From positions 1,056,001 through 1,120,000 of the forward strand of contig OZ241326.1 of NCBI GenBank assembly GCA_965199855.1: a DNA stretch of 64,000 nt. The letters run 5' to 3'. Below, in pieces: positions 17,173 to 27,984 of the stretch. The notes under the pieces are model-generated. The model had not been told where the DNA came from. It saw only the letters and a program-made list of their open reading frames with translations, and did no database searches. The position numbers and the translations under genes are program-made. The first letter of the stretch is position 1. Every line of letters starts with the position of its first letter. This DNA comes from a bacterium. Its GTDB lineage: Bacteria > UBA8248.

Positions 17173-19692
17173 CTACTCCTCCACCGGGTGGTAGGTGAGT
17201 TCGCCCGCGGGCGGGGCGTCGTCCTCCCCTCCGGCGGTCTCCTCTCCGGCCTCCTCGTCGTAGAGGGCGTCGGGCGGGGCCTCTTCGATGGTTCGCGCCT
17301 CCTCCCCGGCGGCGCTTCCGGCTTCCGGGCGCGGCGCGGCCTCGTCCTCGGGCAGGGGCGCCAGGTTCGCCTCCCGGCGGATTCTTTCGGGCAGACCGCT
17401 CCACCGCCGCCTCACGCTCGCGTTTCCCACCGCCATGCCGAGCGCCTTTTTCGCGCCGACCAGCACGGCGAGGCGCTTCGCCCGCGTGAGCGCGGTATAG
17501 ACGAGGTTGCGCTGGAGCATCGGGTAGTGCTGGGTGTGCAGCGGGATGACGACGACGGGATACTCGCTCCCCTGGCTCTTGTGGACGGTGATGGCGTAGG
17601 CGTGCGTCACCTCGTCCAGCGCGCCGCGCGCGTATTCCACGACGCCCGAATCGAAGGCCACGCGGACGCTTCCCGCCTCGGGCGAGACGCTCCTGACGAC
17701 GCCGATGTCGCCGTTGAACACCTCCTTCTCGTAGTTGTTCCGCGCCTGGATGAGCTTGTCGCCCGCGCGGAACGTCCGTCCCCCGCTCTGGAGGGCGCGC
17801 GCGCCGCCCGCCGGGTTGAGCGCCTCCTGGAGCCGCGCGTTCAGGCTCTGCACGCCGAGGGCGCCGCGCTGCATGGGCGAGATGACCTGGAGCTCGGCGA
17901 TGGGATCGACCCCGAACTTCTCCGGAATGCGCGCGCGGCAGAGCTCGATGACGAGGTCCGCGCACCGCTCCGCCTCGGCCTCCTCGATGAAGTAGTAGTC
18001 GAGCGGCGCGTCCTCCCGCTCCCCCTTTCCGCTCCGCGGCATCTCGCCCCGGTTCACGCGGTGGGCGTTTTCGACGATGAGGCTCGCCCGCGCCTGGCGG
18101 AACACCTCGGTGAGCCGCGCGACGGGGAGGGTCTCGGAATCGATGACGTCGCGCAGCACGTTGCCCGGCCCCACGGAGGGGAGCTGATCCACGTCGCCCA
18201 CCATGACGAGCGTCGCCTCGTCCGGCACCGCGCGCAGGAGGTGGGCCGTCAGGTGCACGTCGAGCATCGAGGCCTCGTCGATGATCACGACGTCCCCCGT
18301 GAGCGGGTTTTCCGCGTCGCGCGTGAAGCCGCCCGCGTGCCACTTGAACTCCAGCAGTCTGTGGATGGTGGCCGCCTCGTGGCCGGTGACCTCCGAGAGG
18401 CGCTTGGCCGCCCGGCCCGTGGGCGCGCCCAGGATCACCTCGAGACCGAGCTTCGAGTAGAGGCCGGCGACGGCGCTCACGATGGTCGTCTTCCCCGTGC
18501 CGGGGCCTCCCGTCACGACGAGCGCCTTCCGGGTGAGCGCGCCCTCGATGGCCGCGCCCTGATCCTTCGTGGCCATTCCCCCCTCGAGGGCGCGCCGGGC
18601 GAGATGCCCCAGACGCTCCGGGATCGTCCCCCCGGGCGCGCCCTGGCCCCGCAGGGCGGCCTCGAGGCGCGCCGCGTCGCGCGGGGCGTTCAGGATGGCG
18701 GCGAGGCGGCGGGCGACCTCGCACTCGGCGGCGTGGAGGGGGCGCGCATAGACGCGCTTGTGGGCGGTCGAGGCGACGTTCTCCGCCCGGCTCGCCGATT
18801 CGATCACCAGGGCGCCGTCCCTGCCCATGCCGTCCAGGACGGGGGCGAGCGCCTCGGGCGGCGTCTCCAGCATGTCGGCGGCGGTCTCGACCAGATCCGC
18901 GTAGGGCGAGAAGCAGTGCCCCTCGCGCTCGGCGAGCTGGTTGAGGGCGTAGATCGCCCCCGCCGCCAGACGCTTGGGCGAGTCCGCGGGAATCCCCAGG
19001 TTCCGCGCGATGCGGTCCGCGCTCTTGAAGCCCACCCCGTGAATGTCCGCCGCCAGACGATAGGGGTCCTCGCGCAGAATCCGCGCCGAAGCCTCGCCGT
19101 AGGTTCTCAGGATTTTCTCGGAGAGGTGAAGCGGAACGTCGTATTGCTGGAGGAAGAGCATGATTTCCCTGACCTCGCTCTGGCTCTTCCAGCTCTCGAC
19201 GATGGCCGCCAGCTTCTTCTCGCCCAGGCCGGGAACCTCCTTGAGCCGTTCGGGATGCGCGTCGAGCACGTCGAGGGCGCGCTCGCCGAAGCGCGCCACG
19301 ATGCGGCGGGCGAGAGCGGGGCCGATGTTCTTCACGATGCCCGAGGCCAGGTATTTCTCGATGCCCTCGACCGTCGTGGGCGGCAGCGGGCTGGCGCGCT
19401 CGGCGTGGAACTGGCGGCCGAAGCGGGGGTGCTCCTTCCAGCGGCCCTCGAAGCGGACGCGCTCCCCCTCCCGGATGGCCGAGAGATGCCCCACCACGGC
19501 CACGCGCGGGCTGTCCGGGTTGTCCGGCTGGAGGAGGAGGACGGTATAGCCGGTGTCCTCCGCGCGAAAGCGAATTCGCTCGACCGCGCCGGTGAGCTCG
19601 AAGCCCTCGCCGGGGAACAGGCCCGTCTGGGGAGGCGCCGCGCCTCTGGCGGGCGCGCCTGCGGGGCGGCGCTTTCCGGGCTTGCGCGTCAT
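17173..19692 (-). CDS. recD2: ATP-dependent RecD2-like DNA helicase
   Basis: HPRFGRQF, HhH repeats, GGPGTGKTT, APTGRAAKR, DEASM, GDVDQLPSVG, YAITVHKSQGSE. Confidence 0.95.
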   Translation of the reverse strand: MTRKPGKRRPAGAPARGAAPPQTGLFPGEGFELTGAVERIRFRAEDTGYTVLLLQPDNPDSPRVAVVGHLSAIREGERVRFEGRWKEHPRFGRQFHAERASPLPPTTVEGIEKYLASGIVKNIGPALARRIVARFGERALDVLDAHPERLKEVPGLGEKKLAAIVESWKSQSEVREIMLFLQQYDVPLHLSEKILRTYGEASARILREDPYRLAADIHGVGFKSADRIARNLGIPADSPKRLAAGAIYALNQLAEREGHCFSPYADLVETAADMLETPPEALAPVLDGMGRDGALVIESASRAENVASTAHKRVYARPLHAAECEVARRLAAILNAPRDAARLEAALRGQGAPGGTIPERLGHLARRALEGGMATKDQGAAIEGALTRKALVVTGGPGTGKTTIVSAVAGLYSKLGLEVILGAPTGRAAKRLSEVTGHEAATIHRLLEFKWHAGGFTRDAENPLTGDVVIIDEASMLDVHLTAHLLRAVPDEATLVMVGDVDQLPSVGPGNVLRDVIDSETLPVARLTEVFRQARASLIVENAHRVNRGEMPRSGKGEREDAPLDYYFIEEAEAERCADLVIELCRARIPEKFGVDPIAELQVISPMQRGALGVQSLNARLQEALNPAGGARALQSGGRTFRAGDKLIQARNNYEKEVFNGDIGVVRSVSPEAGSVRVAFDSGVVEYARGALDEVTHAYAITVHKSQGSEYPVVVIPLHTQHYPMLQRNLVYTALTRAKRLAVLVGAKKALGMAVGNASVRRRWSGLPERIRREANLAPLPEDEAAPRPEAGSAAGEEARTIEEAPPDALYDEEAGEETAGGEDDAPPAGELTYHPVEE

Positions 19693-19732
19693 GGGTTCTT
19701 CCCGGCGGGGCGGGCGGGCGTTCGGGGGCGCG

Positions 19733-20542
19733 TCAGGGGAGGCCCTCCCCGGCGCGGGCGCTTTTCGCCTCCCGCCAGAGGGCTTCCAGCGCCTCGGGCG
19801 GAGCGTCCTCGGGCGAGAGGCCCCGGGCGCGGAGCGCCTCCTCCACGTGGTGAAAGCGCGCGATGAAGCGCGCGGTGCTGGCGCGCGCCGCCCCCTCGGC
19901 GCTCACGCCGAGCTTGCGGGCCAGGTTCACCGCCGCGAAGAGGAAGTCCCCCATCTCCGCCTCGACGGCGCCGGGGTCTCTCCCGCGCATCGCCTCTGCG
20001 AGCTCCCCCCATTCCTCGGCCACCTTCTCCGCCGCGCCGTCCGCGTCCGGCCAGTCGAAGCCCACGCGCGAGGCCTTTCCCTGGAGCCTCTGGGCGCGCT
20101 GGAGGGCGGGCATGGCGGCGGGCACCCCGTCCAGAATCGAGGCGGGGCGCTCCTCCTGATCCGCGCGGGCGTTTCTCTTGCTGATCTCCCAGTTGCGGAG
20201 CACCTCGCCGCTGCTCCGCGCCCGCTCGCTCTGGAATACGTGGGGGTGGCGGTCGATCATCTTCTGCGCGAGGGCGCGGGCGGCCTCCTCGGCGTCGAAG
20301 AGCCCCCTCTCCTTCGCCAGCTGGCAGTGGAAGAGCACCTGGAGCAGAAGGTCGCCCAGCTCCTCCTTGAGCGTCCCCGCGTCGCCCGACTCGATGGCCT
20401 CCATCACCTCGTAGGCCTCCTCGACGAGGAAGGGCTTGAGGGTATGGTGGCTCTGCTCCCTGTCCCAGGGGCATCCGTCGGGCGCTCTGAGGCGGGCCAT
20501 CACCTCCACCGCGCGCTCGAAGCCGCTTTTCCGCTCGCTCAC
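19733..20542 (-). CDS. mazG: Nucleoside triphosphate pyrophosphohydrolase MazG
   Basis: MARLRAPDGCPWDREQ, EEAYEV, EELGDLLLQV, RHPHVF, VGFDWP. Confidence 0.95.
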   Translation of the reverse strand: MSERKSGFERAVEVMARLRAPDGCPWDREQSHHTLKPFLVEEAYEVMEAIESGDAGTLKEELGDLLLQVLFHCQLAKERGLFDAEEAARALAQKMIDRHPHVFQSERARSSGEVLRNWEISKRNARADQEERPASILDGVPAAMPALQRAQRLQGKASRVGFDWPDADGAAEKVAEEWGELAEAMRGRDPGAVEAEMGDFLFAAVNLARKLGVSAEGAARASTARFIARFHHVEEALRARGLSPEDAPPEALEALWREAKSARAGEGLP

Positions 20543-20740
20543 GGAAGCCTCTCGCGTTTCGGGAATCGGCGTCCGCGCCATTATACGCCGAACGCCCCCG
20601 AAGGCAAGGAACGACCGGGCGGGAAGCGTCCCACGATATGGCGTATTTTGACGCCGGAAAGCGCAATATATTGTGGTTTTCGCTTGACAACGCGCCCGAC
20701 ATGGGGGAAATTTCCTTTTTTCTCGCGTGAGGAATCCCCC

Positions 20741-22549
20741 GTGAGCGAAGCGTCGCGCATACGCATACTCCCCGAGGCGCTGGCGAACCAGATCGCCGCG
20801 GGCGAGGTCGTCCAGCGTCCCGCCTCCGTCCTGAAGGAGCTGGTGGAGAACAGCCTCGACGCGGGCGCGGCGAGGGTGGAAATCGACCTGGAAGCCGGCG
20901 GCGCCTCGCGCGTTCAGGTGACGGACGACGGCTGCGGCATGAGCGCGGACGACGCGCTTCTGTGCCTGGAGCGCCACGCGACGAGCAAGATCGCCACGGA
21001 CGCGGACCTGGGCCGCGTCGCCACCCTGGGCTTTCGGGGCGAGGCGCTGCCGAGCATCGCCGCCGTCTCGAGGATGACCATCACCACCAGAAGGCCGGAG
21101 GACGCCCTGGGGGCGGAGGTGCGCATCGACGGCGGAACGCTCCGGCGCGCCACCGAGATGGGCGCCCCGCCCGGCACCCGCGTCGAGGCGCGCGCGCTGT
21201 TCTACAACCTGCCGGCGCGGCGGAAATTTCTCAAGAGAAAGGAAACCGAGCTCGCCCGCTGCATCGAGGTGGCGAACCAGGCGGCCATGGCGAACCCGGA
21301 CGTAGCCTTCGCCCTGCGCCACGGGCGAAGGACGCTGCTCGAGCTCGGCGGCTCGGGCGAGGCGATGAGGCGCGCGGCGGAGCTCGTAGGGAAGGCGGCG
21401 GCCTCCCAGCTCATGGAGATTCCCCGCGCCTCTTCGGGGAGCATGATCTTCGGCGGCTGGGCGGGGGCGCCGGGCCTGAGCCGCTCCACCCGGGACGCGC
21501 AGTATCTCTTCGTGAACGGGCGCCCCATACGGGATCGCCTCTTCGTCCACGCGGCGTATGCGGCCTACCGCAGCTTCATGCCGGTGAAGCGCCACCCGGT
21601 GTTCATCCTCTTTCTGGAGATGCCGCCCGAGGACGTGGACGTGAACGTCCATCCCGCCAAGCAGGAGGTGCGCTTCCGCTTCGCCTCGCGCGTGTATGAC
21701 CTGGTGCGCGAGAGCGTGGCCGCCGTCCTGGGCGCGCCGCCCGAAAGGAGGCGGCGGGCCTTCGCCGGGCAGGGAGCGGCCCCGGGAGGAGGCTTCGCGC
21801 CGCCGGCGCGCTCGCCCTCCCTGCTGGGCGGCGGGGGATACTTCGGGAGCTCTTTCGCGGAAGTCCCGCCCGTTCCCGCGCCTTCCGGCGAGCCCCCCCC
21901 GCCCGGGGACGCCCCGCGCGCGCCCATCGAGCGAATCCTGGAGCCGCCCCATCCGGCCGATCCCGTCGTCCTCTCGGAGTGCCGCTATCTGGGCCAGTGG
22001 GAGGGGTGTTTCCTGCTGTTCGAGGCGCCGCAGGGTCTGGCGCTCGTCGATCAGCACGCCGCGCATGAGCGGGTGCTCTACAACCGCTTCCGCGATCAGT
22101 TCCGGGAGGGAAGCGTGGAGAGCCAGACCTGCCTCGCGCCGCAGACCCTGCGGTTGCGGCCCGAGGAGGCGCTGAGCCTGGAGGCGCATCGGGAGGATCT
22201 GCTGCGCTCCGGCTTCGAGCTTGAAGACGCGGGGCCCGGCGAATACAGGATTCTCGCCGTGCCCGCGCTTCTGGCGGACAGCGACCCCGCCGGCGCGGCG
22301 TGCCAGGTGATCGAGGGGCTGGCGGACCTAGAGCGGCCCGTCAGCTTCGCCGACCTCATCGACGGCATCATCGCGCGGATGAGCTGCCGCGGAGCGGTGA
22401 AGGCGGCGCGCCCCATGCGGCCGGAGGAGGTCGCCGCCCTCGTTGCGGAGCTGGAGCGGACGCCGGGCAGGTGGACCTGCCCGCACGGGCGTCCCGTCAT
22501 GCTGGTGTTGGGCGCGGGTGCCGCGCGAAGCCGCTTTTTGCGCTCCTGA
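20741..22549 (+). CDS. mutL: DNA mismatch repair protein MutL
   Basis: NQIAAGEVVQRPAS, GFRGEALPSI, DVNVHPAKQEV, endonuclease motif DQHAAHER, CPHGRP. Confidence 0.97.
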   Translation: MSEASRIRILPEALANQIAAGEVVQRPASVLKELVENSLDAGAARVEIDLEAGGASRVQVTDDGCGMSADDALLCLERHATSKIATDADLGRVATLGFRGEALPSIAAVSRMTITTRRPEDALGAEVRIDGGTLRRATEMGAPPGTRVEARALFYNLPARRKFLKRKETELARCIEVANQAAMANPDVAFALRHGRRTLLELGGSGEAMRRAAELVGKAAASQLMEIPRASSGSMIFGGWAGAPGLSRSTRDAQYLFVNGRPIRDRLFVHAAYAAYRSFMPVKRHPVFILFLEMPPEDVDVNVHPAKQEVRFRFASRVYDLVRESVAAVLGAPPERRRRAFAGQGAAPGGGFAPPARSPSLLGGGGYFGSSFAEVPPVPAPSGEPPPPGDAPRAPIERILEPPHPADPVVLSECRYLGQWEGCFLLFEAPQGLALVDQHAAHERVLYNRFRDQFREGSVESQTCLAPQTLRLRPEEALSLEAHREDLLRSGFELEDAGPGEYRILAVPALLADSDPAGAACQVIEGLADLERPVSFADLIDGIIARMSCRGAVKAARPMRPEEVAALVAELERTPGRWTCPHGRPVMLVLGAGAARSRFLRS

Positions 22550-22583
22550 ACGAGGCGTCCGCGCCCCGGGGAAGGAAGCGCGC

Positions 22584-22761
22584 TTGACGCCGGCGCGCGG
22601 GCGCGGAACAATGCCGGGACAGCGAGAACCGGGGGGTTCGTCGGGGAGAACCCTTCGGTCGCCGCCTCTCGCGGGGATCATCGGCCGCCGGCCCGGGAGG
22701 CGTCCGATACGCCCGCTCTTGTTCCTTCACGGCGCAATCGCGGCGGGCGTTTTCTTTCCTT
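22584..22761 (+). promoter_or_regulatory. Putative guaB promoter and structured leader
   Basis: TTGACG-N17-AACAAT; stem ACGCCCGC/GCGGGCGT followed by TTTCTTTCCTT. Confidence 0.35.
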
Positions 22762-22769
22762 CGTCCTGA

Positions 22770-24338
<1,569 letters not shown>

Positions 24339-24411
24339 CTTCACGCGGGCGGGCGCTTTCGCCTGGCCGCCCGCCGCGTTCGCTCAAGCGGCCTGACTCA
24401 TCGGTGGTCTG

Positions 24412-25941
24412 ATGCGGGATCGGATACTCATCCTCGACTTCGGCTCGCAATACACCCAGCTCATCGCCCGGCGCGTGCGCGAGCTGGGCGTCTATTGCGA
24501 GATTCACCCGTGCGGCTCCGACTGGGGCGCGCTGGCGGACGCGGGCGTCCGCGGCGTCATCCTCTCGGGCGGGCCGATGAGCGTATACGAGGAGGGCGCG
24601 CCCACGGTGGACGCCGCCCTCCTGCGCGCCGACGTGCCCCTCCTCGGCATCTGCTACGGGATGCAGCTGATGACCCACCTTCTGGGCGGCAGCGTCGGCG
24701 CGCGGAGAAAGCGGGAATACGGGCGCGCGGAGCTCGCGGTCGATGAGGCGGCGGGCATCTTCCGCGGCCTCTCGGACGCCGAGACCGTCTGGATGAGCCA
24801 CGGCGACGCCATAGAAGCCCCGCCGCCCGGCTACAGGCCCCTCGCCCGCTCGAACGGCTCTCCCGTCGCGGCGATGGCCTCCGACGACGGGCGGCGCTAC
24901 GGCATCCAGTTCCACCCGGAGGTGGCGCACACCCCGCGCGGCAGGGAGATTCTGGAGAATTTCGCGCGCGGGGTCTGCGGGTGCGAAGGGAACTGGACGA
25001 TGCGCTCCTTCGTCGAGGAGGCGGTGGAGCGCGTCAGGGAGCAGGTGGGCGGGGAGCGCGTGGTGTGCGGCCTCTCGGGCGGGGTGGACTCGGCCGTCGC
25101 GGCGACCCTCGTCGAGCGGGCGGTGGGCGAGCGGCTCACCTGCGTCTTCGTGGACAACGGCCTGCTCCGGAAGAACGAGGCGGAGGAGGTGGCGGCCGCG
25201 TTCGGCCCGAGGCTCCGCCTGGTATGCGTGGACGCCGGCGCCGAATTCCTGGGCGCGCTGCGCGGCGTCGCGGATCCGGAGGAGAAGCGCAGGCGGGTGG
25301 GCGAGACCTTCATCCGCGTGTTCGAGCGCGAGGCGGCGAAGCTGGGCGACGTGAAGTTTCTCGCCCAGGGGACGCTCTACCCCGACGTCATCGAGAGCGT
25401 CTCCCTCAAGGGCCCCTCGGCGACCATCAAGACCCACCACAACGTGGGCGGGCTTCCCGAGCGGATGCGCTTCGAGCTCGTGGAGCCCCTGCGCGAGCTC
25501 TTCAAGGACGAGGCGCGCGCCGCGGGCGAGGCGCTCGGCCTGCCCCGAGAGATGCTCTGGCGGCACCCGTTTCCCGGCCCCGGCCTCGCCGTGCGCGTGC
25601 TGGGCGAGGTGACGGAAGCGCGCGCGGCGACCCTCCGGGAGGCGGACGCCATCTTCATCGAGACGCTCAGGGCGCATGGCTTCTACGACAAGGTCTGGCA
25701 GGCGTTCGCCGCGCTGCTGCCCGTGCGCGCCGTGGGGGTGATGGGCGACGCGCGCACCTACGAGAACGCGCTCGCGCTGCGCGCCGTCACCAGCGCGGAC
25801 GGGATGACGGCGGACTGGGCGCGGCTGCCGCCCGAGCTGCTCGCCGAGGCTTCCTCGCGCATCATCAACGAGGTGCGCGGCGTGAACCGCGTGGCCTACG
25901 ACGTATCCTCCAAGCCGCCGGGGACGATTGAGTGGGAGTGA
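24412..25941 (+). CDS. guaA: GMP synthase (glutamine-hydrolysing)
   Basis: [46 protein letters not shown]. Confidence 0.98.
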   Translation: MRDRILILDFGSQYTQLIARRVRELGVYCEIHPCGSDWGALADAGVRGVILSGGPMSVYEEGAPTVDAALLRADVPLLGICYGMQLMTHLLGGSVGARRKREYGRAELAVDEAAGIFRGLSDAETVWMSHGDAIEAPPPGYRPLARSNGSPVAAMASDDGRRYGIQFHPEVAHTPRGREILENFARGVCGCEGNWTMRSFVEEAVERVREQVGGERVVCGLSGGVDSAVAATLVERAVGERLTCVFVDNGLLRKNEAEEVAAAFGPRLRLVCVDAGAEFLGALRGVADPEEKRRRVGETFIRVFEREAAKLGDVKFLAQGTLYPDVIESVSLKGPSATIKTHHNVGGLPERMRFELVEPLRELFKDEARAAGEALGLPREMLWRHPFPGPGLAVRVLGEVTEARAATLREADAIFIETLRAHGFYDKVWQAFAALLPVRAVGVMGDARTYENALALRAVTSADGMTADWARLPPELLAEASSRIINEVRGVNRVAYDVSSKPPGTIEWE

Positions 25942-26069
25942 GGGGATTGAAATCGGCAAGCGCAAGGCTGGATACTGACGCCCGTCCCTTGCCAGATGGG
26001 ATAGAATCATCCCGCCGCGCCGTTTGCGAAATTTCGCCGCCGGTTTGAAATTTTCTTTGGGGAGCGTCA

Positions 26070-26588
26070 ATGAGAGCGCATCGCGCATGGAAGGCGTCCG
26101 TTTTTCCGCTTCTTCTCGCCGTCTCGCTTCTCCCGGCGGCGGGCGCTCAGGGCGGCGAGGCGGAGCGGCGTCCCGGGCATGAGCCGAAGAAGCCCCGCGC
26201 CCACGCCGTGAAGCGGGGCCATGGAAAGATGAAGCATTCCGTAAAAATCGTTCCGGCGGACTTCCCCAACCCCCCGGGCGTGAGGCTGCGTCTGGAGGAG
26301 GACGCCCACGCGAAGGGAGCGGTGAACCTGTTTCTGGATTTGAGGAATTTTCGCTTCGCCCCGGCGGAGGTGAACAAAACCTCGAGGATCGGCGAGGGAC
26401 ACGCCCACCTCTACGTCAACGGCGAGAAGCGCCCCCGGCTCTACGGCGCCGCCTATTTCCTCGAAAACCTGCCGAAGGGCAGGGTGAAAATCCGCGTCAC
26501 GCTGAACACGAACGCCCATGAGGATCTGATCCGCAAGGGGCGACTGATAGAGGACGTCGTGGAATACCGGGTGGAGCACAGGAATTGA
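26070..26588 (+). CDS. Exported hypothetical protein with His motifs
   Basis: Signal peptide; GEGHAHLYVNGEKRPRLYG, VTLNTNAH. Confidence 0.65.
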   Translation: MRAHRAWKASVFPLLLAVSLLPAAGAQGGEAERRPGHEPKKPRAHAVKRGHGKMKHSVKIVPADFPNPPGVRLRLEEDAHAKGAVNLFLDLRNFRFAPAEVNKTSRIGEGHAHLYVNGEKRPRLYGAAYFLENLPKGRVKIRVTLNTNAHEDLIRKGRLIEDVVEYRVEHRN

Positions 26589-26630
26589 GCGGACGCGCGG
26601 CGCCCTCAAGCCCGCCCGCGTGAGGCGGAA

Positions 26631-27515
26631 ATGGCCCGCTCGCTCAGGAGGCGCTTGGGATTCATCGTCAAGCGCTGGCATTCCAGGCTCACGACCCTCA
26701 TAAGCGGGCGTTCGGCGGTCGCCATTCTTACCGAAGGAAGCAACGGGCGGCTTCTCGTCGCGCCGGACGACTCGGGCGTCGGATACGCGCTCAGGACGAA
26801 GGGGGAATACGGAGCGCGCGAGCTCGAGAGAATTTGCGGGCTTCTGTCGCCGGACTCCCACGTTCTCTTCATCGGCGCGCACGTGGGCGCCCTGGCCATA
26901 CCGGTTTCCAGAAAATGCGCGCGCGTCACGGCGATTGAGGCCAACCCGGACACATTCGCCCTGCTGGAGGCCAACGCGCGGATGAACGGCTGCGCCAACG
27001 TGCGGCTGCTGAATTTCGCCGCCGGCGAGCGGCGCGGCAAGGCGCGCTTCCTGAAAAGCAGGGTGAACTCCGGGGGCTCGAAGCGGGAGCCGCTGGTTTT
27101 CAGAAAAATGTATTATTATGACGACCCGAAGGTCGTCGAGACGCCCGTGAGAGTCCTGGACGAGGAACTGGAGGATGCTTTCTCCCTGGTGGTCATGGAC
27201 ATAGAGGGCTCGGAGTATTTCGCGCTCTCGGGGATGCGAAGGATTCTGGAGAGTGCGGAGGCGCTGATTACGGAGTTCGTCCCGCGTCACTTGAGGGACG
27301 TCGCCGGGGTCGGCGTGGAGGAGTTTCTGGAGAAGGTCGGCCCCTCCTTCGACAGGCTGACCATCCCCTCGCTGGGAATCTCCGTCGGCAGGGAGGGCTT
27401 CGCCCCGACCCTCGATCGGATGTTCGAGGGCGGCGAGGAGGACGAGGGCGTCATTTTTGAAAAATCCCGGACGGCGGCGCGGGGCGCCGCCCGCGGAGGG
27501 GAGGCGGAATCTTGA
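26631..27515 (+). CDS. FkbM-family SAM-dependent methyltransferase
   Basis: IGAHVG, AIEANP, VMDIEGSE. Confidence 0.85.
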   Translation: MARSLRRRLGFIVKRWHSRLTTLISGRSAVAILTEGSNGRLLVAPDDSGVGYALRTKGEYGARELERICGLLSPDSHVLFIGAHVGALAIPVSRKCARVTAIEANPDTFALLEANARMNGCANVRLLNFAAGERRGKARFLKSRVNSGGSKREPLVFRKMYYYDDPKVVETPVRVLDEELEDAFSLVVMDIEGSEYFALSGMRRILESAEALITEFVPRHLRDVAGVGVEEFLEKVGPSFDRLTIPSLGISVGREGFAPTLDRMFEGGEEDEGVIFEKSRTAARGAARGGEAES

Positions 27516-27877
27516 TCGTATGGGCGCATTTCCTGACGGCGGCGGCGGCGGTCGTCCTGGGCCTCGTCAATCTGGCCTCGGCGAAGGGAACGCCCAGGCA
27601 CCGCTTCATCGGCTGGTGCTGGATGGGCGTCATGACGTTCGTCACGGTCTCCTCGTTCTGGATCAGGGAGCTGAACGACGGCGACTTCAGCTGGATACAC
27701 CTGCTCACGATATGGACGATGATTTCCATGGCCGCCGCCATCCTCTCCATCAGGCGCGGCAGGGTGCGCGTGCACGCCCTGTTCATGGCGGGAACGATGA
27801 TAGGCGCCCTCGTCGCCGGCGCACTCGCCATGATGCCCGGCCGCTTCATCAGCGAGATTCTGGGCTACGCCGGCTGA
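27512..27877 (+). CDS. DUF2306-like membrane protein
   Basis: H..., KGTPRHRFIG, FSWIHLL, PGR motifs; four hydrophobic segments. Confidence 0.75.
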   Translation: MIVWAHFLTAAAAVVLGLVNLASAKGTPRHRFIGWCWMGVMTFVTVSSFWIRELNDGDFSWIHLLTIWTMISMAAAILSIRRGRVRVHALFMAGTMIGALVAGALAMMPGRFISEILGYAG

Positions 27878-27984
27878 TCGCCGCCGGCGGGGGGCTGAAA
27901 AGCGGATCCGGAAGGAAGATTCAAAGCGGCGGGAGCGCATGAAGGCGCGCCCGCGCGAAAAACACCGCCCCGTGGGAGCAGGAC

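Noticed and set aside
22630-22701. ykkC-type (ppGpp/PRPP) riboswitch suggested by GCCCGGGAGG
   Set aside because: The other conserved blocks (CTAGGGTTCCG, ACACC..GGGATAAAA) are not present; kept only as an unassigned leader
27901-27925. SRP RNA-like TCCGGAAGGAAG
   Set aside because: Lacks the flanking CAGG/AGCA internal loop and an extended hairpin
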